A DNA stretch of 64,000 nt from Candidatus Zambryskibacteria bacterium RIFCSPLOWO2_01_FULL_39_39. GTDB taxonomy: Bacteria; Patescibacteriota; Minisyncoccia; Phycocordibacterales; WO2-35-19. Of this stretch, positions 28,633-38,775 are shown one piece after another (position 1 is the stretch's first letter; every line of letters starts with the position of its first letter). Made by a program: the position numbers and the translations under genes. The stretch lies in NCBI GenBank assembly GCA_001823925.1, contig MHWB01000004.1, positions 22,390 to 86,389 of the forward strand, written 5' to 3'. The notes under the pieces are model-generated. The model was given only the letters and a program-made list of their open reading frames with translations, ran no database searches and was not told where the DNA came from.

Positions 28633-29538
28633 ATGGAAAAAAAAGAAATTCTCGTAAGTGTGGGTTTACCTGTCTACAATGGAGGAAAATTTATAGAAGA
28701 GGCTTTAGATTCGGTACTTGAGCAAACTCATACCAATTTTGAGCTGATTATTTCTGATAACGGGTCAACTGACAACACGGAAGCCATTTGTAGAAAATAT
28801 CAAAAGAAAGATTCAAGAATAAAATATATCCGCCATGAGCAAAATCTTGGCGGTGTTTTTAATTTTGATTATTGCGTTAAGAAAGCGGTGGGTAAATATT
28901 TCACTTTTCTTGCATATGACGATTTATTGAATAAAAACTTTTTGGAGATAACTCTCGATTATTTGTTTTACCACAAAGAATGTGTGCTTGTTGCCGGTGA
29001 TTATGAACTAATAGATCAATTTGGAATACATATTGAAAACTTTACATTGGATAGAACAAGAGAAAATGTGTCTTGGAGAGAGCGTCGTCGTCAATTTTTT
29101 AAATACCCAACATCGTCTAAAATATACTTCTTTGGCTATGGTTTGTACAAGACCGATATAGTCAAACGGGTATACGCCGATAAGTTTAGAACCAAAATGT
29201 TTAAGGGGTCTGATATGGCTTCATTATGTCGTATAGCCACCCTGGGTGAAATGGTATCCATACCGACAATTCTCAGAAAATTCAGGATTCACGAAAATTC
29301 TTCAGTCAAAATTGAAATGTCAAAGTTGAACAAGAAACCATTATTAATTAAGAGGCTTATCCTCTTTACAAACGTATGCGAGGTGAGATTTGATCAAGCG
29401 AGAGTACTGATCAAATCTTGCCTTCCCATTAATGAAAAAATAAGAATCTTATCTTTTGTTTATTTTCAATATTTCAAAAGTTTTTTATCTAGAATATTAA
29501 ACCTTCCTAAGAAAATTAGTTCCTTGTTAAAAAATTAG
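28633..29538 (+). CDS. GT2 glycosyltransferase
   Basis: 'VSVGLPVYNG', 'ISDNGSTD', 'LAYDD'. Confidence 0.9.
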   Translation: MEKKEILVSVGLPVYNGGKFIEEALDSVLEQTHTNFELIISDNGSTDNTEAICRKYQKKDSRIKYIRHEQNLGGVFNFDYCVKKAVGKYFTFLAYDDLLNKNFLEITLDYLFYHKECVLVAGDYELIDQFGIHIENFTLDRTRENVSWRERRRQFFKYPTSSKIYFFGYGLYKTDIVKRVYADKFRTKMFKGSDMASLCRIATLGEMVSIPTILRKFRIHENSSVKIEMSKLNKKPLLIKRLILFTNVCEVRFDQARVLIKSCLPINEKIRILSFVYFQYFKSFLSRILNLPKKISSLLKN

Positions 29539-30619
29539 TAATTTTCTCAGCTCTTTTTTGCCAAGTAAAATTTTTTACCTTTTCAAGAGCTTTTTCTGCC
29601 CAATCAATACCTTCTTTTGGTTCAGAATTAAATTTTTCAATTTTATCTGCAAGATCTCGCGGATTATCTGGTTCAAAAGAAATTGCACAATCTTCCAGAA
29701 CTTCACCAATTATCGGCAAATTTGAATATATAATAGGTTTTTTGCTTGCCATATACTCATACACTTTCATCGGAAAGCCCCAATCGCGAAAATGGGGCTT
29801 ATCCGGATATGGAATAACCAGCATATCCATTGTTTGCTCGTATTTTGGGACAAGTTCTTGACTTACGACCCCTAAGAAAATGCACCTATCCTCTACCCCG
29901 TTCTTGATCGCCAATGATTGATATTCTTCTATCTCATTTGGCTTTCCCCCAACAAAAACCATTTTGACTTTTTTATCCGGAATGAATCTTAGTGATTCAA
30001 TCATCATATCTACACCCTTGCTCATGCCCATAGTTTTGTAAAAACCGACATAACCAACAAGAATGCAGTCTAGCGGCAGATTCAGCTGTTTTCTCAGGTT
30101 TGGAATATCAGTGTTTGGATTAAATTTACTCAAGTCAACACCACCATACGCTACGAAAATTTTATTCTTCTGTAGTCCGGTTTTTTTAATAATCAAATCT
30201 TTAAGCCTTTCCGAGGTTGAGATGAGAAAATCGCTATTGTTGGCAATATATCCGTCTCGCCAATCTTGGAATATCTGATGCCAATCCGAGCATATTTTAT
30301 ATTTAAATCCGAAAATTTTTCGCCAAAAAATCAATACAGAGAGCAAATATGGGTCATTTGAAAAGAAGAAACAATCACTACAGTTATGCCTCCTGAATAT
30401 AAAAAACGGCAAGCTAAAGAAATAATAAACTGTTCTAACCCGGCTAGGTGCATATAAAACCTTTACATTGATACTTTTAAGTTCGGGGCCAGTTTGGCGA
30501 ACTATAAAAGTAAAGTCTTCGCTTAAAATCTTACTAAATACCTCTGCCATATTACGCACAAAAAAATGGTCGGCAGTCGAGCTCGGATATTTTTTTGAAG
30601 TTAGGTAGACTAATTGCAT
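29516..30619 (-). CDS. GT4 glycosyltransferase
   Basis: 'GFPMKVYEYMASKKPII.S' motif. Confidence 0.88.
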   Translation of the reverse strand: MQLVYLTSKKYPSSTADHFFVRNMAEVFSKILSEDFTFIVRQTGPELKSINVKVLYAPSRVRTVYYFFSLPFFIFRRHNCSDCFFFSNDPYLLSVLIFWRKIFGFKYKICSDWHQIFQDWRDGYIANNSDFLISTSERLKDLIIKKTGLQKNKIFVAYGGVDLSKFNPNTDIPNLRKQLNLPLDCILVGYVGFYKTMGMSKGVDMMIESLRFIPDKKVKMVFVGGKPNEIEEYQSLAIKNGVEDRCIFLGVVSQELVPKYEQTMDMLVIPYPDKPHFRDWGFPMKVYEYMASKKPIIYSNLPIIGEVLEDCAISFEPDNPRDLADKIEKFNSEPKEGIDWAEKALEKVKNFTWQKRAEKITNFLTRN

Positions 30620-30620
30620 C

Positions 30621-31559
30621 TTATTTCTTACGAGCGATAATCCCGAGATTACCTATTTGGACAAACAAAGGAATTTTGGAAAGTCTGGTCCAATCCAAAA
30701 AACGGTGTAGCGCCGATTTTACGAAAAGTGGCCTCAGTGGCAGAAGCGAAAACAGATACCCAAGCGAGTGCCGGCTTTTGGGGTAAAAAACTTTGAGAAC
30801 CTCATAGTTACATTTTTCAAAGAGTTTCCTTATAGTGTTTTTATCATAAAGATAGGTATGTTCAATATCTATAATCGGAGACTTTTCACCCAAAATTCTA
30901 GCACTAAGTGACTTTAGATTGTGATTGATGGCGATGAGCACTCCGCCCGGCTTGAGCAAAATCAAAGCATCACTCAAAACTTTAGATGGATCAAGAAAAT
31001 GATCGAGAGTTTGAAACATACAAATAACATCAAAAGAGTTTGGCGGAAACATATTTTTATCAAACATGCCCTGTTTGATTGACGCTTTTATATTTACAGA
31101 AGCCTTTGCTATTGCTTCACTGCTTGGCTCAACACCAAAAACTTTTTTGTAACCTTGTCTCAAAGCCTCCTCTAAAAAAAATCCGTTGCCACAGCCGATT
31201 TCCAACAACGCCTCTTTTTCCGCGATAAACGACGTAAGTTTTTTCAAATAATATCCGTATGTCTTTATTAAATTACCAACCTGTCCTTCATATGTAAAAC
31301 TACTACGATTGTACAATTCGGAATAAACTTCCGGAGAAACAATCGGATCCGACCGCAAAAGTGAGCAGGTGTTGCATTTGACCATGCGAAAATGGATCTT
31401 CTCTCCATAAAATCTGCGGGCCGAAAAAGCTTTTTCATCTAGATTCTCTCCAGACAAATGAGCTGGATAAACTTCCGTAGCATTACCATAAGTGCCACAT
31501 ATAGCACACTTAGTAGCTATGGTTGGATTGACATTAGATTTTCCAGAAACCATGTACAT
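30621..31559 (-). CDS. Class I SAM-dependent methyltransferase with a zinc-binding N-terminus
   Basis: CAIC..CNTC, 'LLEIGCGNG', 'FQTLDH'. Confidence 0.85.
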   Translation of the reverse strand: MYMVSGKSNVNPTIATKCAICGTYGNATEVYPAHLSGENLDEKAFSARRFYGEKIHFRMVKCNTCSLLRSDPIVSPEVYSELYNRSSFTYEGQVGNLIKTYGYYLKKLTSFIAEKEALLEIGCGNGFFLEEALRQGYKKVFGVEPSSEAIAKASVNIKASIKQGMFDKNMFPPNSFDVICMFQTLDHFLDPSKVLSDALILLKPGGVLIAINHNLKSLSARILGEKSPIIDIEHTYLYDKNTIRKLFEKCNYEVLKVFYPKSRHSLGYLFSLLPLRPLFVKSALHRFLDWTRLSKIPLFVQIGNLGIIARKK

Positions 31560-31671
31560 AACATTATCATCTAATAGAACAGAAAGTCTATTCTTGACAC
31601 ATCTTCTAAAAAAGTTAATAATATGGCCTATAATAGACTTGCTGACAAGAAAGCCAAGTGCCTATATTACT

Positions 31672-32475
31672 GTGAAAAAAGGACAAAAAAATATAAAGGA
31701 TAAAGGTTCTCTGATTAGAGATCATATAATAAATATGTCTTATTGGAGTAAGACAGCAGAAACAGGTTCTGCTTTGTGTATATCTGATATTTTGGCTGTC
31801 CTATATTTCAAGATACTCCACATAAATCCAAAAAAACCGGATGATTTTGATAGGGATAGATTTTTATTAAGTAAGGGTCATGGAGCTTCTGCGCTTTATG
31901 CGGCTCTAGCAGAACGCGGATTTTTCTCTGTAGATAAATTAAAAAAGTATCGAGTAAATGGTGGAATTTTTCATGGTCACCCATCTAAAGAGGTTGCTCC
32001 TGGTATTGAAATATCAAGCGGATCATTAGGTCACGGCCTTTCAATTGGAGCTGGAATGGCGCTAGTACTTAAAAAATCTCTTCCAAAAAGAAAGGTCTTT
32101 GTTCTTATGGGTGATGGAGAATGCAACGAGGGGTCAGTATGGGAAGCGACAATGTTTATCGCCAGCCACAAATTGAACAATGTAATCGCGATTATAGACG
32201 ATAATGGTTTCCAGGGCTTTGGCAAAACCTCCGATGTGCACACTATGGATTTGGCTACCAAGTTCAAAGCTTTTGGTTGGCAAATATTTCATGTCGACGG
32301 ACACAACCCTGTCCAATTGGAAAAAATATTAAACAAAGCAAAGACGAGCAGTAGGCCGTGTGTTGTAATAGCCAAGACTATAACGGGCAAAAGTATCCCT
32401 AATATTGAAAACACACTGCATGCACACTACTATATAGTAGACGAGAAAACACACAAAAACCACCATGAGAAATGA
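31672..32475 (+). CDS. Transketolase, N-terminal (TPP-binding) subunit
   Basis: 'RDRFLLSKGH', 'SGSLGHG', 'GDGECNEGSVWE'; GTG at 31672 preferred because 31492 would overlap the divergent gene. Confidence 0.9.
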   Translation: MKKGQKNIKDKGSLIRDHIINMSYWSKTAETGSALCISDILAVLYFKILHINPKKPDDFDRDRFLLSKGHGASALYAALAERGFFSVDKLKKYRVNGGIFHGHPSKEVAPGIEISSGSLGHGLSIGAGMALVLKKSLPKRKVFVLMGDGECNEGSVWEATMFIASHKLNNVIAIIDDNGFQGFGKTSDVHTMDLATKFKAFGWQIFHVDGHNPVQLEKILNKAKTSSRPCVVIAKTITGKSIPNIENTLHAHYYIVDEKTHKNHHEK

Positions 32476-33391
32476 TTTTGTAAAACAAATGCAAATAGAG
32501 ATGGAAAACAATAAAGATATTGTTTTCCTAACCGGTGACCTCGGGTTTAACGCGTTAGAACCACTACACCAATCGTTTCCCGATCGTTTCATTAATGTTG
32601 GGATTGCAGAAGCCAATATGATAGGTATCGCTGCCGGACTAGCGCTTACTGGCAAAAAAGTTATAGTGTATTCAATCGCCTCATTTCTTACCATGCGCCC
32701 ATATGAACAAATCCGAAACGATATTTGCTATCACAATCTGGATGTAAAAATAGTGGGAACCGGGGGAGGTTTCAACTATAGCACTCATGGTATCACCCAT
32801 CACACCATTGAAGATGTGGCTATTATGAATGTCCTGCCAAATATGCAAGTTCTGTGCCCAACTTATTCGTGGGAAGCTAGAGAGGCTACCAAATCTATGA
32901 TGAAATCCAAAAAGCCGACATATCTGCGCCTAGGCAAAAGCCCAAAAACAAATTTTTTCAAACCTGATTTTAAATTTAAAATCGGCAGAGGATTTGTCAT
33001 TAGAGAAGGCAAAGATATCTTACTTTTAGTTACGGGAAATATACTGGATTGTGGAATGGAGATCGCAGAAATCATAAAAAATAAAACAGGTTTGGAAATG
33101 TCTGTGATAAGTATGCCGAGTGTAAAACCGTTGGACAAGAAACTTATTTTGGAAACATCCAAAAAAGTAAAACTTGTAGCCACACTAGAAGAACATAGTT
33201 TACATGGAGGATTGGGATCAGAGGTGGCGATGCTACTCAGCCAATCACATTTGCCAAAACTGCCATTTATACCATCCGCTCTTCCAGATGTTTTTATCAA
33301 AGATGTCGGCAGTAGAGATTTTCTCCTCAACAAAGCTGGTCTTAGTCCTAAAAAAGTTGCGAAAAATATTATTAAAAAGCTCGGAAGGTAA
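32465..33391 (+). CDS. Transketolase, C-terminal subunit
   Basis: 'NVGIAEANM', 'RPYEQIRND', 'HGITHH', 'LEEHS..GGLGS'. Confidence 0.9.
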   Translation: MRNDFVKQMQIEMENNKDIVFLTGDLGFNALEPLHQSFPDRFINVGIAEANMIGIAAGLALTGKKVIVYSIASFLTMRPYEQIRNDICYHNLDVKIVGTGGGFNYSTHGITHHTIEDVAIMNVLPNMQVLCPTYSWEAREATKSMMKSKKPTYLRLGKSPKTNFFKPDFKFKIGRGFVIREGKDILLLVTGNILDCGMEIAEIIKNKTGLEMSVISMPSVKPLDKKLILETSKKVKLVATLEEHSLHGGLGSEVAMLLSQSHLPKLPFIPSALPDVFIKDVGSRDFLLNKAGLSPKKVAKNIIKKLGR

Positions 33392-33397
33392 AATTTA

Positions 33398-34153
33398 ATG
33401 CAAAATCAAAACCAATCTTTGGTTGTTTGTGTCACCGGAGCCTCTTCTGGAATAGGTCGAGAATTGTCAAAACAATTAATACAATCTGGTTATATCGTTG
33501 TTGGGATTGCACGTAGAAAAAATCTTTTAGAAGAACTTGCCTCGGAACTAAACAACAAAAAATTCCATTTTTACGAAGCTGATGTGAGCAACCTAGAAGA
33601 AATAAAGAAGGTCAAAGATGCTCTATTGTTAAAAAAACTGATCCCTGGTGCAATAGTTTGTGGAGCCTCAATCAGTCAAAATGATACTGAACCAAATTTT
33701 AAAAATGACGTTGTAAGAAAAATTATGGAAATCAATTTTTTTGGCACAGCAAACATGGTAGATGTTTTTCTGCCAGAATTTTTGAAGACTGGTCACGGAC
33801 ATTTTATTTGCCTTTCATCAATCGCATCATGGAGACCAAGTATTCAGGGAGCAACATACCCAGCCAGCAAAGCGACAGTGGGAATGTTTTTTAGAGGCTT
33901 AAATTTAAGATATAAACCCTTGGGAGTAGATTTTTCCACTATCTACCTTGGACCAGTTGAAACAGAGATGTGGGAAGGAAAACCTTCTTTTGTTGTAGCA
34001 ACTCCAAATGTGATAGCTAAAAAAATAATACAGCTAATTTTAAATCCAAAGCCAATCTCATATATACCATTTTTATCTACTACTTTGTCTCGCTTAAGCA
34101 CTTTGATTCCTGACTGGCTCTATGCTAAATTAAGCTCATATTTATTCAAATAA
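33398..34153 (+). CDS. Short-chain dehydrogenase/reductase
   Basis: TGASSGIG and YPASK (YxxxK). Confidence 0.9.
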   Translation: MQNQNQSLVVCVTGASSGIGRELSKQLIQSGYIVVGIARRKNLLEELASELNNKKFHFYEADVSNLEEIKKVKDALLLKKLIPGAIVCGASISQNDTEPNFKNDVVRKIMEINFFGTANMVDVFLPEFLKTGHGHFICLSSIASWRPSIQGATYPASKATVGMFFRGLNLRYKPLGVDFSTIYLGPVETEMWEGKPSFVVATPNVIAKKIIQLILNPKPISYIPFLSTTLSRLSTLIPDWLYAKLSSYLFK

Positions 34154-34154
34154 G

Positions 34155-35111
34155 ATGCTTACTAATAAAAAAATTTCCGTTGTAATTGTTTGTTACTTTG
34201 ACGAAAAAGCTATTCATGCATTATATTCACGACTTACAGAAACCCTTAAAAAGATAACGAGCATCTACGAAATCATATATGTAAATGACGCCAGCCCAGA
34301 TAATTCAGAAATGATATTGAGGGAAATTGCCGCCAAAGATAAAAATTTAACAATAATTAATCATTCGCGAAATTTTGGAGCTCAAGCTGGTTTTACAAGT
34401 GGTATGATACAGGCTACTGGAGATGCGGTTGTCCTTATGGATGGTGACCTTCAAGATCCCCCCGAACTCCTTACAGAATTTGTCCAAAAATGGCTAGACA
34501 GCAATATGGTTGTCTACGGAGTAAGGAAACAAAGGGAAAAGAGTATGGGTAAAATCAAAGAATGGTTATACCATCAATTTTATGTATTATTCAGCTACAC
34601 TTCTTATATAAAAATTCCAGAAGATGCTGGGGAATTTTCTCTTATGGACAGGGTGGTCGTTGATCATATGAACGCATTGCCTGAAAGGGACCGATTTATC
34701 AGGGGACTTCGCGCATGGGTTGGTTATAAAAGTATTGGAGTAAATTACAAAAGGCCCGAAAGATTTGACGGTAGACAGTCCGTATCCACCAAAGGACTTC
34801 TAAGCGCTTTCAGGTGGGCAAGAAAAGCTATATTCTCTTTCTCGTATAAACCGCTGGAAATAGTGACCTATGTGGCTATACTTACGACTGTCGCCGCTTT
34901 ACTTGCTATTTTATATTACATAATAGGCTTCTTTGTGTGGGGTGCACCACAAGGTTTCGCCACACTGGTTGTCATAGTCCTGTTTCTGTCATCCGTCCAG
35001 TTAGTAGCCATCAGTGTCATCGGTGAATACACGACCAAAATTTTTGAAGAAGTTAAAGGACGTCCTCGTTTTATCATCCGCGACATAGTCAACGACCACC
35101 GAAAGAGTTAG
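34155..35111 (+). CDS. Polyprenyl-phosphate GT2 glycosyltransferase (GtrB/ArnC-like)
   Basis: 'SRNFG', 'MDGDLQDPP', 'RFIRGLRAWVG', two C-terminal TMs, 'GEY..KIFEEVKGRP'. Confidence 0.9.
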   Translation: MLTNKKISVVIVCYFDEKAIHALYSRLTETLKKITSIYEIIYVNDASPDNSEMILREIAAKDKNLTIINHSRNFGAQAGFTSGMIQATGDAVVLMDGDLQDPPELLTEFVQKWLDSNMVVYGVRKQREKSMGKIKEWLYHQFYVLFSYTSYIKIPEDAGEFSLMDRVVVDHMNALPERDRFIRGLRAWVGYKSIGVNYKRPERFDGRQSVSTKGLLSAFRWARKAIFSFSYKPLEIVTYVAILTTVAALLAILYYIIGFFVWGAPQGFATLVVIVLFLSSVQLVAISVIGEYTTKIFEEVKGRPRFIIRDIVNDHRKS

Positions 35112-36463
35112 CGAAACAATTTTCGATATAAACAAACTCCTCCCAGAGAAAACAGGAGGAACATAAAAGGAAAGGCTTGGAAGGCGTAGCGGGGACCAGA
35201 AGCGGGGCCAGCAAGAAGCATTAGGTAGCCGATGGTGAAAACCAAAATCCATACTAAAACTTTTTTCCTATATTCCCATATACCAAATAGTGAGAGTGCA
35301 TAAGCTGCTAACCAGCACAATCTTTCTAAAACTTTCCACCACGATTTCATAATCCCCTCCCAAAATTCTCTCCATTTACCAGCCGACAGTGCACCAATAG
35401 CCCCTTCTTGAGATGCGCTTTGTTTATGTATAGCGGAATTATAAGTGTCTAAAGCAAAAGAAATAGTCGATGGGAAAAGAAATGGCAACGATGAAACGAT
35501 GTGGTATTTAAGATAAGAAAAGGGTTTTTCAAAAATGATTCTTTTCGCTTCTTTGCCTATTTTATCCGAATAGCGAATATCATAATAATCAGAACTTTCA
35601 ATATTTATTCTTTCTATAAATTTATAATACTCGTCACTCTGACTAGTATTATTTTTACTTGATAGAAATTTGGTAGCCGCCCAGCCAAGATTTTGCGACC
35701 GGAAAGAAGTGAACCCTGCCACACCAACCTCAACATAATTCCTTATAATCCAAGGGGATACAAATACCGCAAGCAAGACAAGCAATGTCCCAATAAATTT
35801 CAATTTGTATTTAAAATTAACATTGAAAGTTAGAACCGGAGTAACAATCACGGGTATTGCAAACATGCCCAGTCTAGTATATACAGCAAAAGCAAAGACC
35901 AAAGACACCCAAAAGACTTTGTAAAATGGTCTTTCATTACTCAATGAAAGTATGAGATAAAAACTTAATGTAAATAAAAACAAAAACAAGGTGTCGGTAA
36001 GAATGGCTAAACTCAATACGAGAGTAACTGGATTTATTAAAAATAAGAAAGCAGCAATTTCACCAACTTTTTTTGAAACAAAAAGTATTCCGATTCTTCT
36101 TATAATAAAAGCAGAAAGAAAAACCATTAAAATTTGAACCAGTGTGACTGCAAAATATGATCTGCCAATAGTTTTTAGTACAGCGACAAAGAGTGGGTAC
36201 CCGGGAGTTCTGAGTGTTTCTGTTTTGCCATTTTGACTAAACCTGTCTCCATTTATTAGAGATTCCGAAAGATTATAATATCCTTCGCTATCCTGAGCCA
36301 TGACTGGCAGAAATGGCTTAATACCAGTATCGTTTTGGAAGTTATTTATGTGTATAGTAAAAAACCAAAATAATATATAAATTACAAAAATAATAATGAC
36401 ACTAATTTTAAACCATCTTGACAAATCTCCAGCTTCTTGTTTAATTCTTGAAAAAATTCTCAT
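35108..36463 (-). CDS. GT-C (ArnT/PMT-like) membrane glycosyltransferase
   Basis: 'DSEGY', 'RTPGYPLF', 'LTDTLF', 'PWIIRNY'; many TMs. Confidence 0.8.
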   Translation of the reverse strand: MRIFSRIKQEAGDLSRWFKISVIIIFVIYILFWFFTIHINNFQNDTGIKPFLPVMAQDSEGYYNLSESLINGDRFSQNGKTETLRTPGYPLFVAVLKTIGRSYFAVTLVQILMVFLSAFIIRRIGILFVSKKVGEIAAFLFLINPVTLVLSLAILTDTLFLFLFTLSFYLILSLSNERPFYKVFWVSLVFAFAVYTRLGMFAIPVIVTPVLTFNVNFKYKLKFIGTLLVLLAVFVSPWIIRNYVEVGVAGFTSFRSQNLGWAATKFLSSKNNTSQSDEYYKFIERINIESSDYYDIRYSDKIGKEAKRIIFEKPFSYLKYHIVSSLPFLFPSTISFALDTYNSAIHKQSASQEGAIGALSAGKWREFWEGIMKSWWKVLERLCWLAAYALSLFGIWEYRKKVLVWILVFTIGYLMLLAGPASGPRYAFQAFPFMFLLFSLGGVCLYRKLFR

Positions 36464-36473
36464 AAATTATTTT

Positions 36474-37016
36474 TTAAAAAGTTTCCGCCTCGTTTAATTT
36501 CGGTAATCTCCTATCCCGATCACAAAGTTGCGGATTTAATACTTGCCAATTTATATTTAATGCCGGGTCATTCCACCTCACCCCCTTTTCGGCATCAGTA
36601 TTATATTCACTGGTGCACTTATAAAAAAAGTGAGCCTCTTCGGACAATACCGCAAAGCCGTGGGCAAAACCAGGTGGTATATAAAAAGACAGGTGATTTT
36701 CGTCGGAGAGCTCCACACCCACCCATTTACCAAAAAATGGCGAATTTTTTCTCATATCAACTGCCACATCCAAAATTTCTCCTTTAATGACTGAGACCAA
36801 TTTCCCTTGAGCATAAGGAGGGAGTTGATAATGAAGACCTCTAACTACTCCTAATTTTGAATAAGAATAATTATCCTGGACAAAATCAGGAATATGTTCC
36901 GGCTCAAAATCACTCTTTTTATATTTCTCCATAAAAAAACCACGCCCATCTTTAAAAACAGCCGTTTCGATCAGCAACAAACCAGGAATTTCTAATTTTT
37001 TGAAGTTAAAAGACAT
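36474..37016 (-). CDS. rfbC: dTDP-4-dehydrorhamnose 3,5-epimerase
   Basis: 'DGRGFF.E', 'QDN.S.S..GVVRGLHYQ', 'PPGFAHGF'. Confidence 0.92.
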   Translation of the reverse strand: MSFNFKKLEIPGLLLIETAVFKDGRGFFMEKYKKSDFEPEHIPDFVQDNYSYSKLGVVRGLHYQLPPYAQGKLVSVIKGEILDVAVDMRKNSPFFGKWVGVELSDENHLSFYIPPGFAHGFAVLSEEAHFFYKCTSEYNTDAEKGVRWNDPALNINWQVLNPQLCDRDRRLPKLNEAETF

Positions 37017-37024
37017 TTTTTAAT

Positions 37025-38737
37025 TTACTTATTTTTACCACAACCCAAAACTTTTGCAGTAATATATTTATCTTTCTCGACATAAATAACCTTGCAAGAA
37101 TTCATATAGCTTGTATAAAAACTATCATCTGAGATTTTCGGTATATCGATGAAAAGAATGTGCCCATTAAAACTATCCAAAATTTTTTTATATTCATCTT
37201 CAAACTGTGGAGTGGTGTACATTCTTCTTTCATACTTTCCAGTCTGCATGACACTCCAACCAGCGTTGTTGTTATACACTATGACTTTTTTTATCTCCAA
37301 ATTATTTTTTATAAATTCCACCGAACTTACAGCCAATTTCGTAGCGCTACCGTTTATTTTGCCAAACAGATATTCTTCCACAAAAACAGTATTGTATAAA
37401 AGGCCTAAAATTAAAATGCAAAAAAACACTCTTTTCTGTATATTTTTTATTCTGAAATGGGATAGAGCAAAAATAACCAAACAAATCCATATTAAAGCCA
37501 AGAATACAAAAGAGATATAAAATCCTGTTGGTCCAGACCCGCCCGTAAACGGAAACAAGAAGTTCCATTTCAAACTTATTACCCTGTTAATCCATTCTGT
37601 CTTGGGGTAAAGAGCCGGCACAAAATGATTAAAAAACTGAAGAACAAAGATCGCGACAGAAATTATAGAGATCGTAATAAAATCTATTTTTTCTAACTTT
37701 TCTTCTTTATTGCTAAATATTTTGGTAAACACCGCCCCAGAAATGAGGCATAGTGGAACAATTAAAAATTGAAAATATCTGTCCATTGCCCCTATGGAAA
37801 AATCAAAAGCGAACAAATAGAAAAACAAGCCGATAAAGATAAACAAAAAGAAAGGTCTGGTTTTCCTCCAAATTTCTTTATCTATAAATAATAATGGCAG
37901 AAGTAAGAGCGGTGAAGTATACATCACGGCCTTAGCAAATTGGATGAATGTCTGTAACCATCCCCTGTCCAAAAAACTAGATGAATTTGCAAAATGTTTC
38001 CAATAATTCAGCGAGTACTCCAAATTAAAAAACGGAAAAATATATTTAGCCAAAAACAAAACTATTACTAAAGTAATTACCCCAAACAACCCCAAAGCAA
38101 AATATTTTAATATCCTGACTTTATCTTTGAATACATTTTTTTCAAAAGCAAAATCTAAAGCCAAAGCAAATATTGGTAAAACACCGCTGACCTTTACCAA
38201 AAATCCACCTACCGCTCCAACAATTAAAACGGCTAACCATTTTAAATTTCCATCTTTCAAATTAAAACCACCGGTTTTAAGTTTAAAATAACCAACAAGC
38301 ATCACGAGAAAGAAAAATGGCATAACCGCACCATCTACATCAACCATAAGAGAAGCCAATACCGAATAAAAAGATATAGTAAAAAGTCCAGCGCTCCAGA
38401 GAGTAGTTTTGTTCACTTGTCCTGAGCTCGTCGAAGGAAAAATTATTTTAGCTAAATAAAAAATTAGAAGTAGATTTGCAATACCAAAAATCAGTGGAAT
38501 GAGTCTGAAATTATTATCACCAACAACGGGTCCGAGGAATTTTGCATAAATAAACTCTGTAAGGGGTGGGTGGGGGACAGTGCCAGGTGCAACTATCTCT
38601 GGGTGAGAATATTGAACCCATTTATATTCGTCTTGATGATAAGGAGAATGGACTGCCGGTAAACGTACAAAAACAAAAAAAATTGCTAAAAAAACAAGCC
38701 AAACAAACTCCTTTTTGTGGAAAAAATCAAGGCTCAT
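37025..38737 (-). CDS. GT-C (ArnT/PMT-like) membrane glycosyltransferase
   Basis: 'HQDE', 'HPPL' after the first TM; multi-TM protein. Confidence 0.75.
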   Translation of the reverse strand: MSLDFFHKKEFVWLVFLAIFFVFVRLPAVHSPYHQDEYKWVQYSHPEIVAPGTVPHPPLTEFIYAKFLGPVVGDNNFRLIPLIFGIANLLLIFYLAKIIFPSTSSGQVNKTTLWSAGLFTISFYSVLASLMVDVDGAVMPFFFLVMLVGYFKLKTGGFNLKDGNLKWLAVLIVGAVGGFLVKVSGVLPIFALALDFAFEKNVFKDKVRILKYFALGLFGVITLVIVLFLAKYIFPFFNLEYSLNYWKHFANSSSFLDRGWLQTFIQFAKAVMYTSPLLLLPLLFIDKEIWRKTRPFFLFIFIGLFFYLFAFDFSIGAMDRYFQFLIVPLCLISGAVFTKIFSNKEEKLEKIDFITISIISVAIFVLQFFNHFVPALYPKTEWINRVISLKWNFLFPFTGGSGPTGFYISFVFLALIWICLVIFALSHFRIKNIQKRVFFCILILGLLYNTVFVEEYLFGKINGSATKLAVSSVEFIKNNLEIKKVIVYNNNAGWSVMQTGKYERRMYTTPQFEDEYKKILDSFNGHILFIDIPKISDDSFYTSYMNSCKVIYVEKDKYITAKVLGCGKNK

Positions 38738-38775
38738 AAAAAAATATTATCACAAAATAGCCATGGAATAAAGGG

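Noticed and set aside
29516-29538. Convergent gene overlaps (also 35108-35111)
   Set aside because: Short tail-to-tail overlaps are ordinary in compact genomes
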